Shown here in pieces: positions 1 through 11,089 of a stretch of 64,000 nucleotides of DNA. Position numbers and translations under genes: made by a program. The notes below the pieces were generated by a model. It saw nothing but the letters and a program-made list of their open reading frames with translations. It did not search any database and had not been told where the DNA came from. Source of the DNA: Octopus vulgaris. Lineage: Eukaryota. Within the stretch, counting starts at the first letter, position 1. Every line of letters starts with the position of its first letter. The stretch covers positions 99,572,001-99,636,000 of the forward strand of contig OX597824.1 of assembly GCA_951406725.2 (NCBI GenBank), given 5' to 3'.

Positions 1-41
1 AAGAAAGAGAGAAGACTGAGGAAGAAATAATTATCTTATTA

Positions 42-143
42 ACTTCATTAGCTTACTGCTGTTTCTGCTATAAGATGCAGCAGTCTCGTAGTTGAGTGTC
101 TAACTAACACCTTCTAGCTTCATCAGAGCCGCAAATATGAAGT
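42..143 (-). ncRNA. Minimal type-I hammerhead ribozyme-like motif (Penelope pLTR type)
   Basis: Minus strand: acuucau...ggcu-CUGAUGA-agcua...uagca-GAAAC-agca-GUA-agcu.augaagu. Stems I and II can pair; homologous to 38842-38943. Confidence 0.55.
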
Positions 144-721
144 GGAATTTATTTGGGAAAGAATTACTTATGTGCCTATACAGGGAATGGCATTAACAAT
201 GAGAAGAGTCAATACAGTTGTATATATGAAAAGCATATGGCTAAAATGTAATTAGATATATTAGTGGAAATATATGTGTATACATATGCGTATGTATGCA
301 CTCTGAGGTACTTGCAGATACAGAAAGATGCACAGACACAAAAGCCCAACTCACAGACACACAGAAATATGCACTAGAATATACATGCACATGTGTGTAC
401 CCAGACGACCACACATGCATATATACACTCACACACATACAGGCAGACAGATACCACACACAAACACGCGTACACTCACATATATTGATGCAGAGGGACT
501 GGTTCTGTAGCAAGTTATTTGTCTTGCAATTGTCTAAGCAAAATAAATGCAGGATTTATATATATGTCAGGATTTTTGTCTTGCAAGTTACTTGGAGACC
601 CTGCCAGTGCTGAAGTCACATAAAGGGCATCCAGTTGTGTGTGTATGTACATATATATATATAAAATGATGATGATAATGCTTAACATACACACAGAGAA
701 ACACACACACACACACACACA

Positions 722-790
<69 letters not shown>

Positions 791-819
791 GTATGTATAT
801 GTACATACACATATACATA

Positions 820-1000
820 CATCATCATCATCGTCATCTGCTTTCTATGCTGACATGTGTGGGATGGCTTGACTAGGAACTGTAGTACTGCAGGGCTGTG
901 TTGCTTTCCAGTGCCATCTTTGACATGGCTGAGTGCCCTTCCTAATGCCAACCACTTTGTAGAGTGTACTGGGTGCTTTTTATATATAACCAACACTAAC
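820..1000 (-). mobile_element. Abundant RTE-tail/SINE repeat with (GAT)n tail; other copies near 1785-1990, 2690-2865, 41700-41880, 53955-54135
   Basis: Shared gcccttcctaatgccaaccactt core and catcatcatc tail. Confidence 0.7.
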
Positions 1001-2289
1001 GAGGTGGCCATAAATTTACAATACAGAAAGAATAGGAAAAGGAAAAAGCTCTTAGTAGTAAGAAGTATTTGGGAAGCAAGGTGAAGGCAGGTGGATGTGT
1101 TGCAGGTGTTGAAAGGCTAAAGTGTGATGGAGGGACGAGCATGAGGGAGGAAGTGATGGAGTGCTACAAGAAACTTTCAAGGAACAAGAAGCTGAGCATA
1201 AGAGATGACAGGATGGTGGGTGAGGGGAGAGGCTGAGAGAGTGTGAGAGGGTAGGAGTAAGAGGTTAATGTAGTGAGTGATGAATAAGGGTTGGGGTTGC
1301 AGTAGGTAAAGTTGGGAGGTGGGAGATAAAGGAATTGCTCAAGAAGGAGAATGGAACAGAATGTAGTAGAAAAATGTAAGGTTTTGGAACTGTGCCGAGG
1401 AAAAGCTGGGGATATTTAAGAGGCTGTGGTCAGTGGGTGACGATGGTAGATATGGGAGGGCATTGAGAATGGAAGCAGATAAGAGAGATGTCTAGAATGG
1501 TTTATGGCAGAACGGGGTAAGGGCTATAGCTGAAGGCTTGGAAAGGAGGTGATGGGTGCGTGGGAGGATGAGGAATGGAAGTAGTTTGGTGGTGGTGGTG
1601 GGTGAACCTTTTGGGAGGGGATGTCATGTAATATGTATGATTTTGCTCACAGGTGAGAACAGTAGCTGTGTAGTGTCAGAGGTGGGCAGGGGAAGAAATG
1701 ACTAGAAGAACCTAGACACACAAACTGATATGGAGAAGATTATGGAAACTTGAAGACCCTTCAAATGGTCAAATGGTCATATATCATCATTTAAAGTTTG
1801 TTTTCCATGCTAATATGAACTGCACTGTTTGAAAGGGGCTAGGCAAACTGGATAGCTGCACCAGGTTCCACTGCCTGCTTTGGCAAGTTTTCTGTGGCTG
1901 GATGCCCTTCCTAATGCCAACCACTTTACAAAGTGTACTGGGTGCTTTTTTCATGTAGCACCAGCACTGGTGATTTTTACATGGCACCAACACTAGTGTG
2001 GTAAGAAGCAACATAAAAAGCAACCCAGTACATAATGGCTGTCCACTTGTGACTAAAGAAGAGTAACACTGACCATTTGTGCACTCAGATTCATACTTTG
2101 CACTTGTGGCCCTGTGAGCCCAGCCCTTGACAGACATACAGGTTCACAGATATTGCAGACCAAGCTTCCCTCATCATCAGAAGTGTGGTTTTGAGCAGCT
2201 CACTTAAATTCTGCATGAAAAATGCATGTTATTTTGAAAAAACACCATTTTTCCTTTAATTGTTACATCTATTGGTAGTGATTACAAGC

Positions 2290-2382
<93 letters not shown>

Positions 2383-2899
2383 TATACATGCACATTACAT
2401 ATACATACATTTATATATCAATAACCATGCTAGCATGGAAAGCGGACGTTAAACGATGATGATGATGATGATGATATATATGTATACACACATACAAACA
2501 CACACACACACACATACACACTTACATATACACAGATTGATATATGTGTAGCCATGTAGCTCCTCAATAGAGAGAAATCTATTCTGCTAAGATCCTCACA
2601 GTTTCATCTTTCATCTCTGAGCATAAATTTGCTTTTCACATTGCACATAGTGTTGGAAGCAGCATGGCAGGTAGTGCTGGGGGCACAAAACAGGACCTTG
2701 TACATTCTGTAAAGTGGTTGGTTTTAGGAAGGGCATCCAGCCATAGAAATCATGCCAAAACATAGCAGAGCTTGGTGTACTCTCCTGACTTGCTTGTTTG
2801 TGTCAATCTTTCCAGCCCACACAAGTATGGAAAATGGATATTAAATAATGATGATGATGATGATATATAAAGCATCCAATCTACACTGAAAAGTGGTTG

Positions 2900-3405
2900 A
2901 CATCCATTTTCCATGCTAGCATGGGCTGGACGGTTCGACTGGGGTCTGGAAGCCAGGAGGCTGCACCAGGCCCCAGTCTGATCTGGCAGTGTTTCTACAG
3001 CTGGATGCCTTTTCTAATGCCAACCACTCTGTGAGTGTAGTGGGTGCTTTTTACGTGCCACCAGCACAGGTATCCAACTACAATTTCCATTTGATTTTTT
3101 TGATGTTGATGTACTTGACTCAATAGGTCTCCTCAAGCACAGCAGATCACCCCACGATCCAAGGTAAGCACTGCAGGCTGTCCTGCGATCCAAGGTACTT
3201 TGGATGGACTGGGGCTTCTATGTGAAGCTGGTGCAGGAAACAGCCATGAACTCAAATTATTTGTCGGGTCTTCACACTCACAGCATATCTCCAGAGGCCT
3301 CAGTCTTTCGTCATTGCCTCTGTGAGGCCCAATGTTTGAAGGTCATGCTTGACCACCTCATCCCATGTCTTCCTGGGTCTACCTCTAGCCCGGATTCCTT
3401 CAACT
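2900..3405 (-). mobile_element. 5'-truncated RTE-clade LINE: ORF end plus 3' UTR
   Basis: Minus translation RGRPRKTWDEVVKHDLQTLGLTEAMTKD..WRYAV, followed by the abundant ggttggcattagaaaaggcatccagc...catgctagcatggaaa repeat. Confidence 0.7.
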
Positions 3406-3416
3406 ATATATATATA

Positions 3417-3793
3417 CTAGCAGTATCGCCCGGCGTTGCTCGGGTTTGTAAGGGAAATAACTATATAAGCATTTTTAGAGATGTAAAGTATAATAGCTAT
3501 CTCAATATGGCTAACCACAAAGGGGGGGTGTTACTGTAGCTTTTTACGTTCTGAGATTTAATAAATTTTTAGAGTTACTTCCCTTATATATGCCAAAAAT
3601 GCATTAAAAATGGGAAAAATTGATGGTAAATTCTTTTAAAAATTGTAGACACATGCTAATACCCAGAAGGGCTCGATATGAATCACGACAATAAGATACC
3701 CGGTTTTGGTTAAACTGCATCGCAAAATGTGGGAGTAGTTAGGAATCTAAATCGTAGGAGACAGACACACAACTTGACTTTTATATATAAAGA
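3417..3793 (-). mobile_element. Non-autonomous Helitron
   Basis: Minus strand starts 5'-TC(TTTATATATAAAAG) and ends CTAG, inserted between A and T. GC-rich hairpin cccggcgttgctcggg (3429-3444) lies about 8 nt from the end. Confidence 0.8.
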
Positions 3794-5341
3794 TATATAT
3801 ATATCACCTGACAATTGTAAATGAGTGTCACAGTCATATAAGACATGTCTTTTCTTTCTAATCTTTTGTAAGAGCATGTCTAGTCATGGGGAAATATTAT
3901 CTTACTTATAATAAGTGATAGTGTTTAACAGGAGAGGGGATCAAGCCCCAGAAAAACTGCCTCTATAAATTCTATCCAACACATGCCAGCATGGAAGTGG
4001 ATACTAAAATGCTGCTGCTGCTGATGTTGTTGTTGTTGTTGTTAAGCAACAAGACGGGTAAGGGTGATTAGGTGATGGTCTAGGGCTTAGGGGCGGGAGA
4101 CCCCAGACCTTAGGGGAAAAAAAAAACTTTGGTCGTCTTGTTGTAGTCGAGGGCTCTTCGTTGACACCCGACACCACTGGGAGGTGGCCCTCGAAATCGC
4201 TGGAAATGGAGATCTCCAGGTCCAAATTCTTGAACGGCTGCTGCTGCTGCTGATGATGATGATATATGTATGAGTTTTTCTAAGTGTGTGTTTGTAAGTA
4301 TTTATGAAGAATTCCTGAAACAGTCCCAATATTTGAAGAAAGATTTTTCTTTAATTTAAAATAATTAATTATCTGAAGAACATCTTAAAAAAACCCTCAA
4401 ATCTTTGGGGAAGAAGTATTGAAAACATTCATGGCATTCTATTTTTTTTTTTAGATATTTTATAGAGTTAATCATTTTTTTAATTGAAGAAAATCTTTCT
4501 TTAAATATCATCATCATCATCATCATTATTTAACATCCAAATTCCATACTGGCACAGGTTGTGCTTCATGTATATATATATATATATATTTATGTACATA
4601 CACCCCATGCCAGCATGGAAGGCAGACATTAAACAATGATGATGATGACACCCACACACAGCCACACATATATTTGCATATGTACTCTTGTATATGTACG
4701 TGAGTCTGTGTGTGTGTGTGTGTGTGAGTGAGAGAGCATGTTGTAGACATTGTGTTCATCACTGATTGTAAGATAGTGCTTTGTTAAACAGTCTCATAAT
4801 ATAGTCTTTCTTTTCATGTCTTGCCCCGCCCACTCCACCCATTAAACCTGATCCCCGAGGACTAGTTCAATGAATGAACCCCACTACATCACTGGTATTT
4901 TATTTTGTCAACCTCTGTGGGAAAGATGGCCTTGGTGGGATTTGATCTCAGAATGTAGAGACAGAATGAATCGCACAAGGTATATTTTTATGATACTCCA
5001 CTAACTCTGTAGACCCACTTCCACGAGGAGGAGGAGGAGTGCCCTAAAATTTTCTATGTGGCAAGTGAAGTACATTGAGGGTCAATCCACTGGGTCCCTA
5101 TATGACTGTAGATAAACATGATGAGATTTTATAGGGGGAAGAAACGGAGAGGTGGAGAGAGAGAGAGTTTAAGATGTACTGGATTGGAATCTAATGTTAC
5201 GTAGCTAAATACATGGACATGCACATGCACACATACACAAATATATGCATATATGTGCATCATAAATGCGACAGTATGAACTCTGATGACAGCAAGCTGA
5301 AACTTTGAAGTTACTGTCAACCTTTTCCCTGAAAAAATTAA

Positions 5342-5374
<33 letters not shown>

Positions 5375-5384
5375 CATCTATCTA

Positions 5385-5424
<40 letters not shown>

Positions 5425-6664
5425 TCTATATCTATATGAAAGAGAGAGAATACTGTATACACACATACACACACATAGATAAATATATATATATATATAT
5501 GCATTTATACATACACCATACACGTAATATATGTGCATATATACATGTATGTGACACACATTTTTTTTCTCTCCTTTTTTTCTCTCCTTGTTTCTCTCCT
5601 TGTTTTTTCTAAGTACCTTTCTGTAGAAGAGCGTAGGCTTGAAACGTAAAAGACCTTTTTCTATTCTTGAGCGTTATACTAATACATCTGTTTGTTTTGT
5701 ACACCACCTGTCTTTGTCTTTCCCTATATATATCGGGCATGGCTGTGTGGTTAGGGAGCTTGCTTCCTAGCTATATGGTTTTGGGTTCAGTCCCACTGCG
5801 TGGCACTTTGGGTAGGTGTCTTTTACTATAGCCCCGAGCTGACCGGAGCTTTGTGATTGAATTCGGTAGGTGGAAGTTACTGCCGTGTGTGTATATGTGC
5901 GTGTAGGTGCTTGTGCCTCTCCGAAAGAGAGAGAGGGAATATATATATAGTTGAAATTTACAGAAAAAGAAAAGACGAAGATAGGTGTATAAACAACAAA
6001 CAGGTGTATTAGTTTAACACTCAGGAAGATGAGAAAATCTTTTATGTTTTGAATATATATATAATACCAAAACTTGAGTTCAGTGATGGATTCTGCACTC
6101 CACAAAAATATAGGATGTAAATATATATATGTATGTGTGAATGTATATATATATATGTATATGTGCCTGCATGTGTGTAGATGTGGGTGTGTACATCTGA
6201 ATATGAATGTATGTGTATATATTGATATGTATGTATACCAATGTACAAATATGTATATATATATGTGTGTATGTATGTATGTTTATGGTTTTATAAGCTT
6301 TTCTCCTCTCTTTCTCTCTCTTTCTCTATCTCCCTTTCTTTCTCTCTGGTGATACATATTTGGTTCTGAGAGCCACATGGCATTGTATGGACATCCTCCA
6401 TGTGATGCTTTGCCTGACACCTGTTATTCTTATGTGACTTGTAAGATTGTTAATGATTTGCATAATGGAGAAAAAATGTGTATATTTGGTGCTGTAAGAT
6501 CAACTGTTGTATTTATTGCAGGACACTGATAAGGTGAAGTGCATAATTGCATAATGTTTCTAGTACTGTTATGTAATTATTTTGGTATTTTGATGAAACA
6601 TGTGAGTGTCTTGCAAAGCATTGAATACCACACCTATTTCCTACTTATTATGATTTCTGTCTTA

Positions 6665-6880
6665 AGGCAGTGAGCTGAAAGAACCATTAGCATGTCAGAC
6701 AAAAGGCTTAGTGGCATTTTGTTCATCTTCACATTCTGACCTCAAATATTGCTGAGGTTGACTTTGTCTTTCATCCTTTCAGGGTTAATAAAATAAGTAC
6801 CAGCCAATACTGAAGTTGATGACTTTGCCCCACCCACACCAACTCGAAAATTGCTTGCCTGGTGCGAAAATTTGAAATCA
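6665..6880 (+). mobile_element. tRNA-derived SINE; related copies at 26315-26460 (+) and 4860-5020, 48570-48700, 59715-59900 (-)
   Basis: Shared gaggttgact...ctttcatcctttc.ggg...ataaa.taagtaccag motif. Confidence 0.65.
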
Positions 6881-6903
6881 TTATCATTTCTCTGTGTCTC
6901 TCT

Positions 6904-6938
<35 letters not shown>

Positions 6939-7448
6939 CACATAAATATTATATGATGGCTGTCAACTTGTAGATGGGTATGACCATCACTAACAAAGCA
7001 ATGCTTATGCAAAATCTTAGGTTCAATAAAGCTTGCATGACACCTCACAGACCCTCTCCACCCTATTGACACGATCCAGAGACAAGTGGAGGCAAGATAT
7101 CCTGTGTCAATATGGGCCGAAGGCTCAGGAATGTGGAAGTGCTATGATCTCAAGCACGAACAAAAGATCCCAAAAATGTCCAATGCCATTCCCTGCATAT
7201 CTGGTTTTAAATATCAGAGTGACCTTCTCCTAGAGACAGGCTTTAACAAAAGCTTGAGGCCACTGGAATTTCTGAGGGACTTTACTATTGTTGCACCTAC
7301 ACTGGGTTCATTCGTCCTTTTGTTATGTTTGTATGTATGTATGTATGTATGTATGTATGAGTGTGTGTCTATGCATACATACATATACATAATACATCCA
7401 TACACACGTATGTGTGTATATATGAATATATCATATGGATATTATATG

Positions 7449-7497
<49 letters not shown>

Positions 7498-7661
7498 ATG
7501 TCTATATCCATAGAGAGAAAGAAAGGGAGAGAAAGAGACAGCAGAGACAGACAGACAGACAGATAGACATACACACATGTATACAAAATAAATGTAGAAG
7601 GCCACAAATGCAAGGAGGATATTCAGACATTGGAAGAATTTAATCTCAGTATCTGACTGGT

Positions 7662-7663
7662 AC

Positions 7664-7716
<53 letters not shown>

Positions 7717-7717
7717 G

Positions 7718-7775
<58 letters not shown>

Positions 7776-7790
7776 TAATAATGATAATAA
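7662..7790. repeat. (TAC)n(TAA)n compound microsatellite
   Basis: Direct inspection. Confidence 0.95.
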
Positions 7791-7846
7791 AGAATTACAA
7801 AGTGATAGTGATTGTGATAATAATAAGAAGTATGTGATTTCCTCAC

Positions 7847-8015
7847 CGAATATGAAGATGAGTTTGGGGTCAGCTGCAATTAAAGAGACCTCCTTGCCAT
7901 AATGGATCTTCACTTTGCCTTTATCACGGCCTCCATGAATTACTGCACAGTCGTCCTCCACTGCAGCCGTTCTCCTCGACTTTGAGCGGCGTAAATTCGA
8001 CAGACCACATCCCAT
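7847..8015 (-). CDS. First coding exon of a probable adenylate kinase/NMP-kinase-like (AK5-like) protein; gene probably continues left of the window
   Basis: ATG in strong context (ccaacATGg) gives MGCGLSNLRRSKSRRTAAVEDDCAVIHGGRDKGKVKIHYGKEVSLIAADPKLIFIF+G, ending at a phase-1 donor G|GTGAGG. LIFIFG resembles the beta-strand entering the GGPGSGKG P-loop of NMP kinases. No following GGPG exon found in 1-7800. Confidence 0.6.
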
Positions 8016-8089
8016 GTTGGTAGCAGAGCTCTGGCATTGTAACCACAGTTCCACACCACTGAAGACTGCTGTTTCACACAAACTGCTAC

Positions 8090-8529
8090 AACGGCAGCAG
8101 TAACAGCAGCAGCAGCAGCAGCAGTAGCAGTAGTAGTAGCAGTAGCAGCACTAGTTGCAATATCGGCAGTAGTAGCAATAGCTGCTGCAATAGTAGCAGC
8201 AGCAGTAGTAGTAGTAGTAGTAGTAGCAACTGTAGTAATACTAGTAGAAGTAGTAGTAGCAGTGGTAGTCACAGTAGTAGTCACTGTTGGTTAACTCCCT
8301 CCTTCCTACATCAATGTATTGTTGTTACTCATGTTAGTGTTGATGATGTTTGTGGTGGTGGTGGTGGTGGTGGTGGTGGTGGTGGTGGTGGTGGTGGTGG
8401 TGGTGGTGGTGGTGGTGGTGGTGGTGGTGGTGGTGGTGGTGGTGGTGGTGGTGGTGGTGGTGATGGTGGTGATGGTGGTGGTGGTGGTGGTGGTGGTGGT
8501 GGTGGTGGTGGTGGTGGTGGTGGTGGTGG

Positions 8530-8560
<31 letters not shown>

Positions 8561-8770
8561 GGTGATGGTGGTGGTGGTGGTGGTGGTGGTGGTGGTGGTG
8601 ATGGTGGTGGTGGTGGTGGTGGTGGTGGTGGTGGTGGTGGTGGTGGTGGTGGTGGTGGTGATGGTGGTGATGGTGGTGGTGGTGGTGGTGGTGGTGGTGG
8701 TGGTGGTGGTGGTGGTGGTGGTGGTGGTGGTGGTGGTGGTGGGGGTGATGGTGACAGTGGCAGTGGTGAT
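8090..8770. repeat. Trinucleotide block: (GCA/GTA)n followed by about 390 bp of (GGT)n
   Basis: Direct inspection; explains the poly-T/A, poly-V and poly-P ORFs. Confidence 0.97.
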
Positions 8771-9875
8771 GCTAGATCTTGACTGTAGTGTTTGTTGTGA
8801 TGCTGATCGTTGCCAACAATGGCTGTTATTGTTATTGTTGTTTTACTGTTTTTGTTATGATAATGATAATGTTTAGCACTTGATCGACCCTGACTGAGCA
8901 GACAATCCATCTATGACCATCCTCTCATTTTATATAGGATTGTCTGCGTTTGGATTTGAGGGACATAGTTGCTATTTCTAACACTTAGAAGCATTATGGA
9001 TGATGATGATGATGATGATGATGGCAGTAATGGTTTTTGTTGACAGTAGTATTAGTATTATTAGTAGTATTAGTTGCTCTGGATGTGTTGTTTGTTGGTG
9101 TTTGTTGGTGTGTTCTCGATTGACATCAATGCAAAGCCGGAGTGCAGTGTTCCTGCACTCACCACCACAAAGCAGCAGCAGCAGCAGTATGGGTTGTGGT
9201 GGTGGTGGTGGTTCACATGAACAGATGTTACATGACAACAGATGACAAAGTGAATCAGATGTGGTGGTGGTGGTCATTTGTTGGATCAACCGAAATAGTT
9301 TTCCTCCATCACAGGTGCTGGGAACCTAACACCTCATGATCCAATGTATTTTTCTATAAGGCAGAGGATATCATTCAAAGGAGATTCAGCTGTTATTTCT
9401 ACCAGGTCATGCAATCATGTAAAGATACACACACATACTACACCATCAAACATAAAAGCACACACACATCCCATACATACACACAGACAAACATGCATAT
9501 ACGCAAAACATTCATAAACAGAAATGCATGAACACATACACATACATATACAGAAATGCACTCACATAGACACAAATACACAGACACACACACACACATA
9601 TACTCACACTCACACAGACACTTGCACACACACATATGCACAAGTACCCACACTCAGACACATGCAAATACCCTGCCCACAAACAAATACACCCTCTGCC
9701 AAACATATACACCCCCCACACATGCATACACACACAGAGAAAACCATAACCAATGTGTTTCCCATCAGTGTGTCACAATTGACTCTAAGGACAGGGATTA
9801 TTCAGAAACTGATCTTGGTGGAATATGATAACAATGATGGTTGCTCCTGTTAAGTTTGAGTGTTTGAGTGTTTGA

Positions 9876-10148
9876 AGGGGAGAAAAGAAAGAAAGAGAAA
9901 AGAAAGAGAAAAGAAAGAGAAACGAAAGAGAAAAGAAAGAGAAAAGAAAGAGAAAAGAAAGAAAAAGAAAGAGAAAAGAAAGAGAAAGAAAGAGAAAAGA
10001 AAGAGAAAAGAAAGAGAAAAAGAGAAAAGAAAGAGAAAAAAAGAGAAAAGAAAGAAAAAAGAAAGAGAAACGAAAGAGAAACGAAAGAGAAAAGAAAGAA
10101 AAAGAAAGAGAAAAGAAAGAGAAAAAGAAAGAGAAAGAAAGAGAAAAA
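9876..10148. repeat. Polypurine (GAAAA/GAAAGA)n tract
   Basis: About 270 bp almost purely G/A on the plus strand. Confidence 0.95.
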
Positions 10149-10389
10149 CAATAAGAATCTGCATCTATTTGCAATGGATGCATGAATGTAATTTGAGTCC
10201 AGGGATGGATTTTATTACAAAGTTGCAATAGGGACATTGATGATTTTGATTTTGGCTGGGATTGGGCAAGTGTGTCTGTTGATTGTGGGATAGAGTTCTT
10301 CTGTTGTTCTTTTTCTTCAACCGAAATTGTTTTGAATGAATCGTGACACATTTTATCCCATGCAGATCAATCTAGGCAACGACTTTCCC

Positions 10390-11085
10390 AAGATGTCAGT
10401 TTAAGCTGTAGAGATTTTAGGGATTGCTTCAACCTATCCTTATACCAAAGGAGAGGTCTTCCTTTGCCACAATATCCCTCCACTTGTTGGCCATACACAA
10501 GAATTTTTGGAATGCAGTCATTTGTCATTCAAACAACATGCCCCCCCCCCATCTGCATTGAATTCTCATCAGCATTCTTTGGATACGGGAGATATTGCAG
10601 TTTTCTAAAGTTTTGCATTGGATATCTTAGCTTGCCATTTTTATGCTGTACATGTTGCATAAACAGCACATGTGGAAGGCTTCAAGTTTCTTTACATGTC
10701 TGTCGTAGGGAGTCCATGCTTCTGTCCCATACAAAAGTGTGCACAAAAGTTAGGATTTATATGCAGTTATTTTAGTTTTCAGACTGACATTGTGTTCATC
10801 CCACAAACGAGAGGCAAATCTTCCAAAAGCATTTGTAACTGTAGCCATTCTAACGTTGATTTTGTCATCAAGAGGTACACTTAGAGTTTACTGTACTTCC
10901 AAGGTATTCAAAGGAGCTGACCCATTTGAGTGGATTGTTGTTGATCATCACATTTGTCCCAGGCTTTGGTTGGAATAAAACTTCAGTCTTCCCGATGCTA
11001 ATAGTCAGTCCAAATGCACAAGCTGCCACTGCAAACCTGTTGACCACTTCCTGAATTCCCTCAAATGTGTGAGAAACCAAAGCAT
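10390..11085 (-). mobile_element. RTE-clade LINE RT fragment
   Basis: YALVSHTFEGIQEVVNRFAVAACAFGLTISIGKTEVLFQP...FEYLGS; downstream frames degraded. Confidence 0.8.
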
Positions 11086-11089
11086 AGTG

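Noticed and set aside
4004-4240. GC-richer segment as possible exon 2 of the kinase-like gene (contains GPG in one frame)
   Set aside because: No polypyrimidine acceptor, and the phase-1 join does not give GGPGS; probably a TE relic.
7086-7643. 185-aa ORF
   Set aside because: Antisense to an RTE-UTR-like relic and runs into TATG/TA/GA microsatellites.
8319-8910. Poly-Val and poly-Pro ORFs (185 and 193 aa)
   Set aside because: Simply translations of the (GGT)n microsatellite.
9785-10351. Lys/Arg/Glu-rich and Phe/Ser/Leu-rich ORFs
   Set aside because: Translations of the GA-rich repeat; no splice or domain support.
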